Part shown: positions 63,530 through 64,000 of the stretch, in pieces
Numbering within the stretch: position 1 is the first letter of the stretch
Layout: every line of letters begins with the position of its first letter
From: Sedimentisphaerales bacterium
Lineage (GTDB): Bacteria; Planctomycetota; Phycisphaerae; Sedimentisphaerales; SM23-30
DNA length: 64,000 nt
Reading direction: 5' to 3'
Assembly (NCBI GenBank): GCA_963663965.2
Contig: CAXXFK010000029.1
Location: 224,001-288,000 of the forward strand
Notes under the pieces: model-generated
Told to the model about the DNA's origin: nothing
Databases searched by the model: none
What the model saw: the letters and a program-made list of their open reading frames with translations, nothing else
Made by a program: the position numbers and the translations under genes

Positions 63530-64000
63530 TTATTGACAGGGAATAATCTCACCGGTTACCGGATCTATGCAGGTAGTCCAACTCTCTGATAGAATGGCAA
63601 AGTCATTGATATCATAGCCACCCTCAGCCAGCCAGGCGCCGATCAGCAGAGCCAGATCATCCAGATCGACATCACAGTCATTATCTACGTCGCCCGCCAG
63701 ACCCCAGTATTCACAGGGAGTCAAGGTCATAAACTGCCAGGGCTTGCTGACATAGACAACACCGGGTACTTTGGTATCTGTGGTTTCAACTACCCAGTGA
63801 TAGGTCATATCCGGAGCAAGTGAAGGCATCGGTATGGAGGTATTGGTTCCGGCTTCGATCTTGGTCAATCCACCATAACCCAGTTCACTCATATTGGGAT
63901 CCTGAGTGCCAAAATAGACCGTGTGATTGATTATACCGCCGGGGCTGTTGGGATCAAATTTCCAACTCAGCGGTTCAGCATAATTGGTTGGAATGGTATC
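63530..64000 (-). CDS. C-terminal end of a probable secreted protein with FN3-like segment and dockerin/EF-hand-like tail (5'-truncated by window edge)
   Basis: Frame open to 64000: LSW..HTVYFGTQDPN, YHWVVE, PWQF, GDVDNDCDVDLDDLA..W..DINDFA..W. Confidence 0.75.
   Translation of the reverse strand, partial: DTIPTNYAEPLSWKFDPNSPGGIINHTVYFGTQDPNMSELGYGGLTKIEAGTNTSIPMPSLAPDMTYHWVVETTDTKVPGVVYVSKPWQFMTLTPCEYWGLAGDVDNDCDVDLDDLALLIGAWLAEGGYDINDFAILSESWTTCIDPVTGEIIPCQ

Noticed and set aside
1..64000. CRISPR arrays, tRNA/rRNA, IS elements, integrases, prophage or defence genes
   Set aside because: No regularly spaced DNA repeats, cloverleaf motifs or transposase/integrase/defence ORFs seen by eye; a short tRNA or sRNA could have been missed

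Overview
64 kb of ordinary-looking bacterial chromosome (about 45% GC by eye, AT-rich intergenic regions). I infer a Planctomycetota/Phycisphaerae-like organism from the dockerin-like C-terminal secreted protein, the UROD-family methyltransferase and the divergent PyrG; the LPS genes kdsB and lpxB show it is diderm. Housekeeping genes (mfd, pyrG, kdsB, lpxB, ffs-dnaX, rnc) are mixed with a salt/osmotic-stress repertoire (KtrAB/Trk, ClC, an SLC12-type cation-chloride cotransporter, ablA plus a symporter-AblB fusion). The window also carries an ovothiol synthase, a sugar/methyltransferase operon and a 16.7-kb two-partner secretion locus whose ~4,870-aa exoprotein is split by three +1 frameshifts. 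Best leads: (1) lysine 2,3-aminomutase followed by one ORF fusing a Na+:solute symporter to beta-lysine N-acetyltransferase; (2) a PspF-like sigma54 activator with a degenerate receiver domain facing a flotillin gene across a -24/-12 promoter and a palindrome, with no pspA; (3) an A8 slippery run in the dnaX linker with an immediate -1-frame stop (candidate gamma subunit); (4) an ovoA-HAD-COG1031 radical SAM gene run. No CRISPR array, tRNA, rRNA or mobile element was seen. All family calls come from motif recognition, not database searches.
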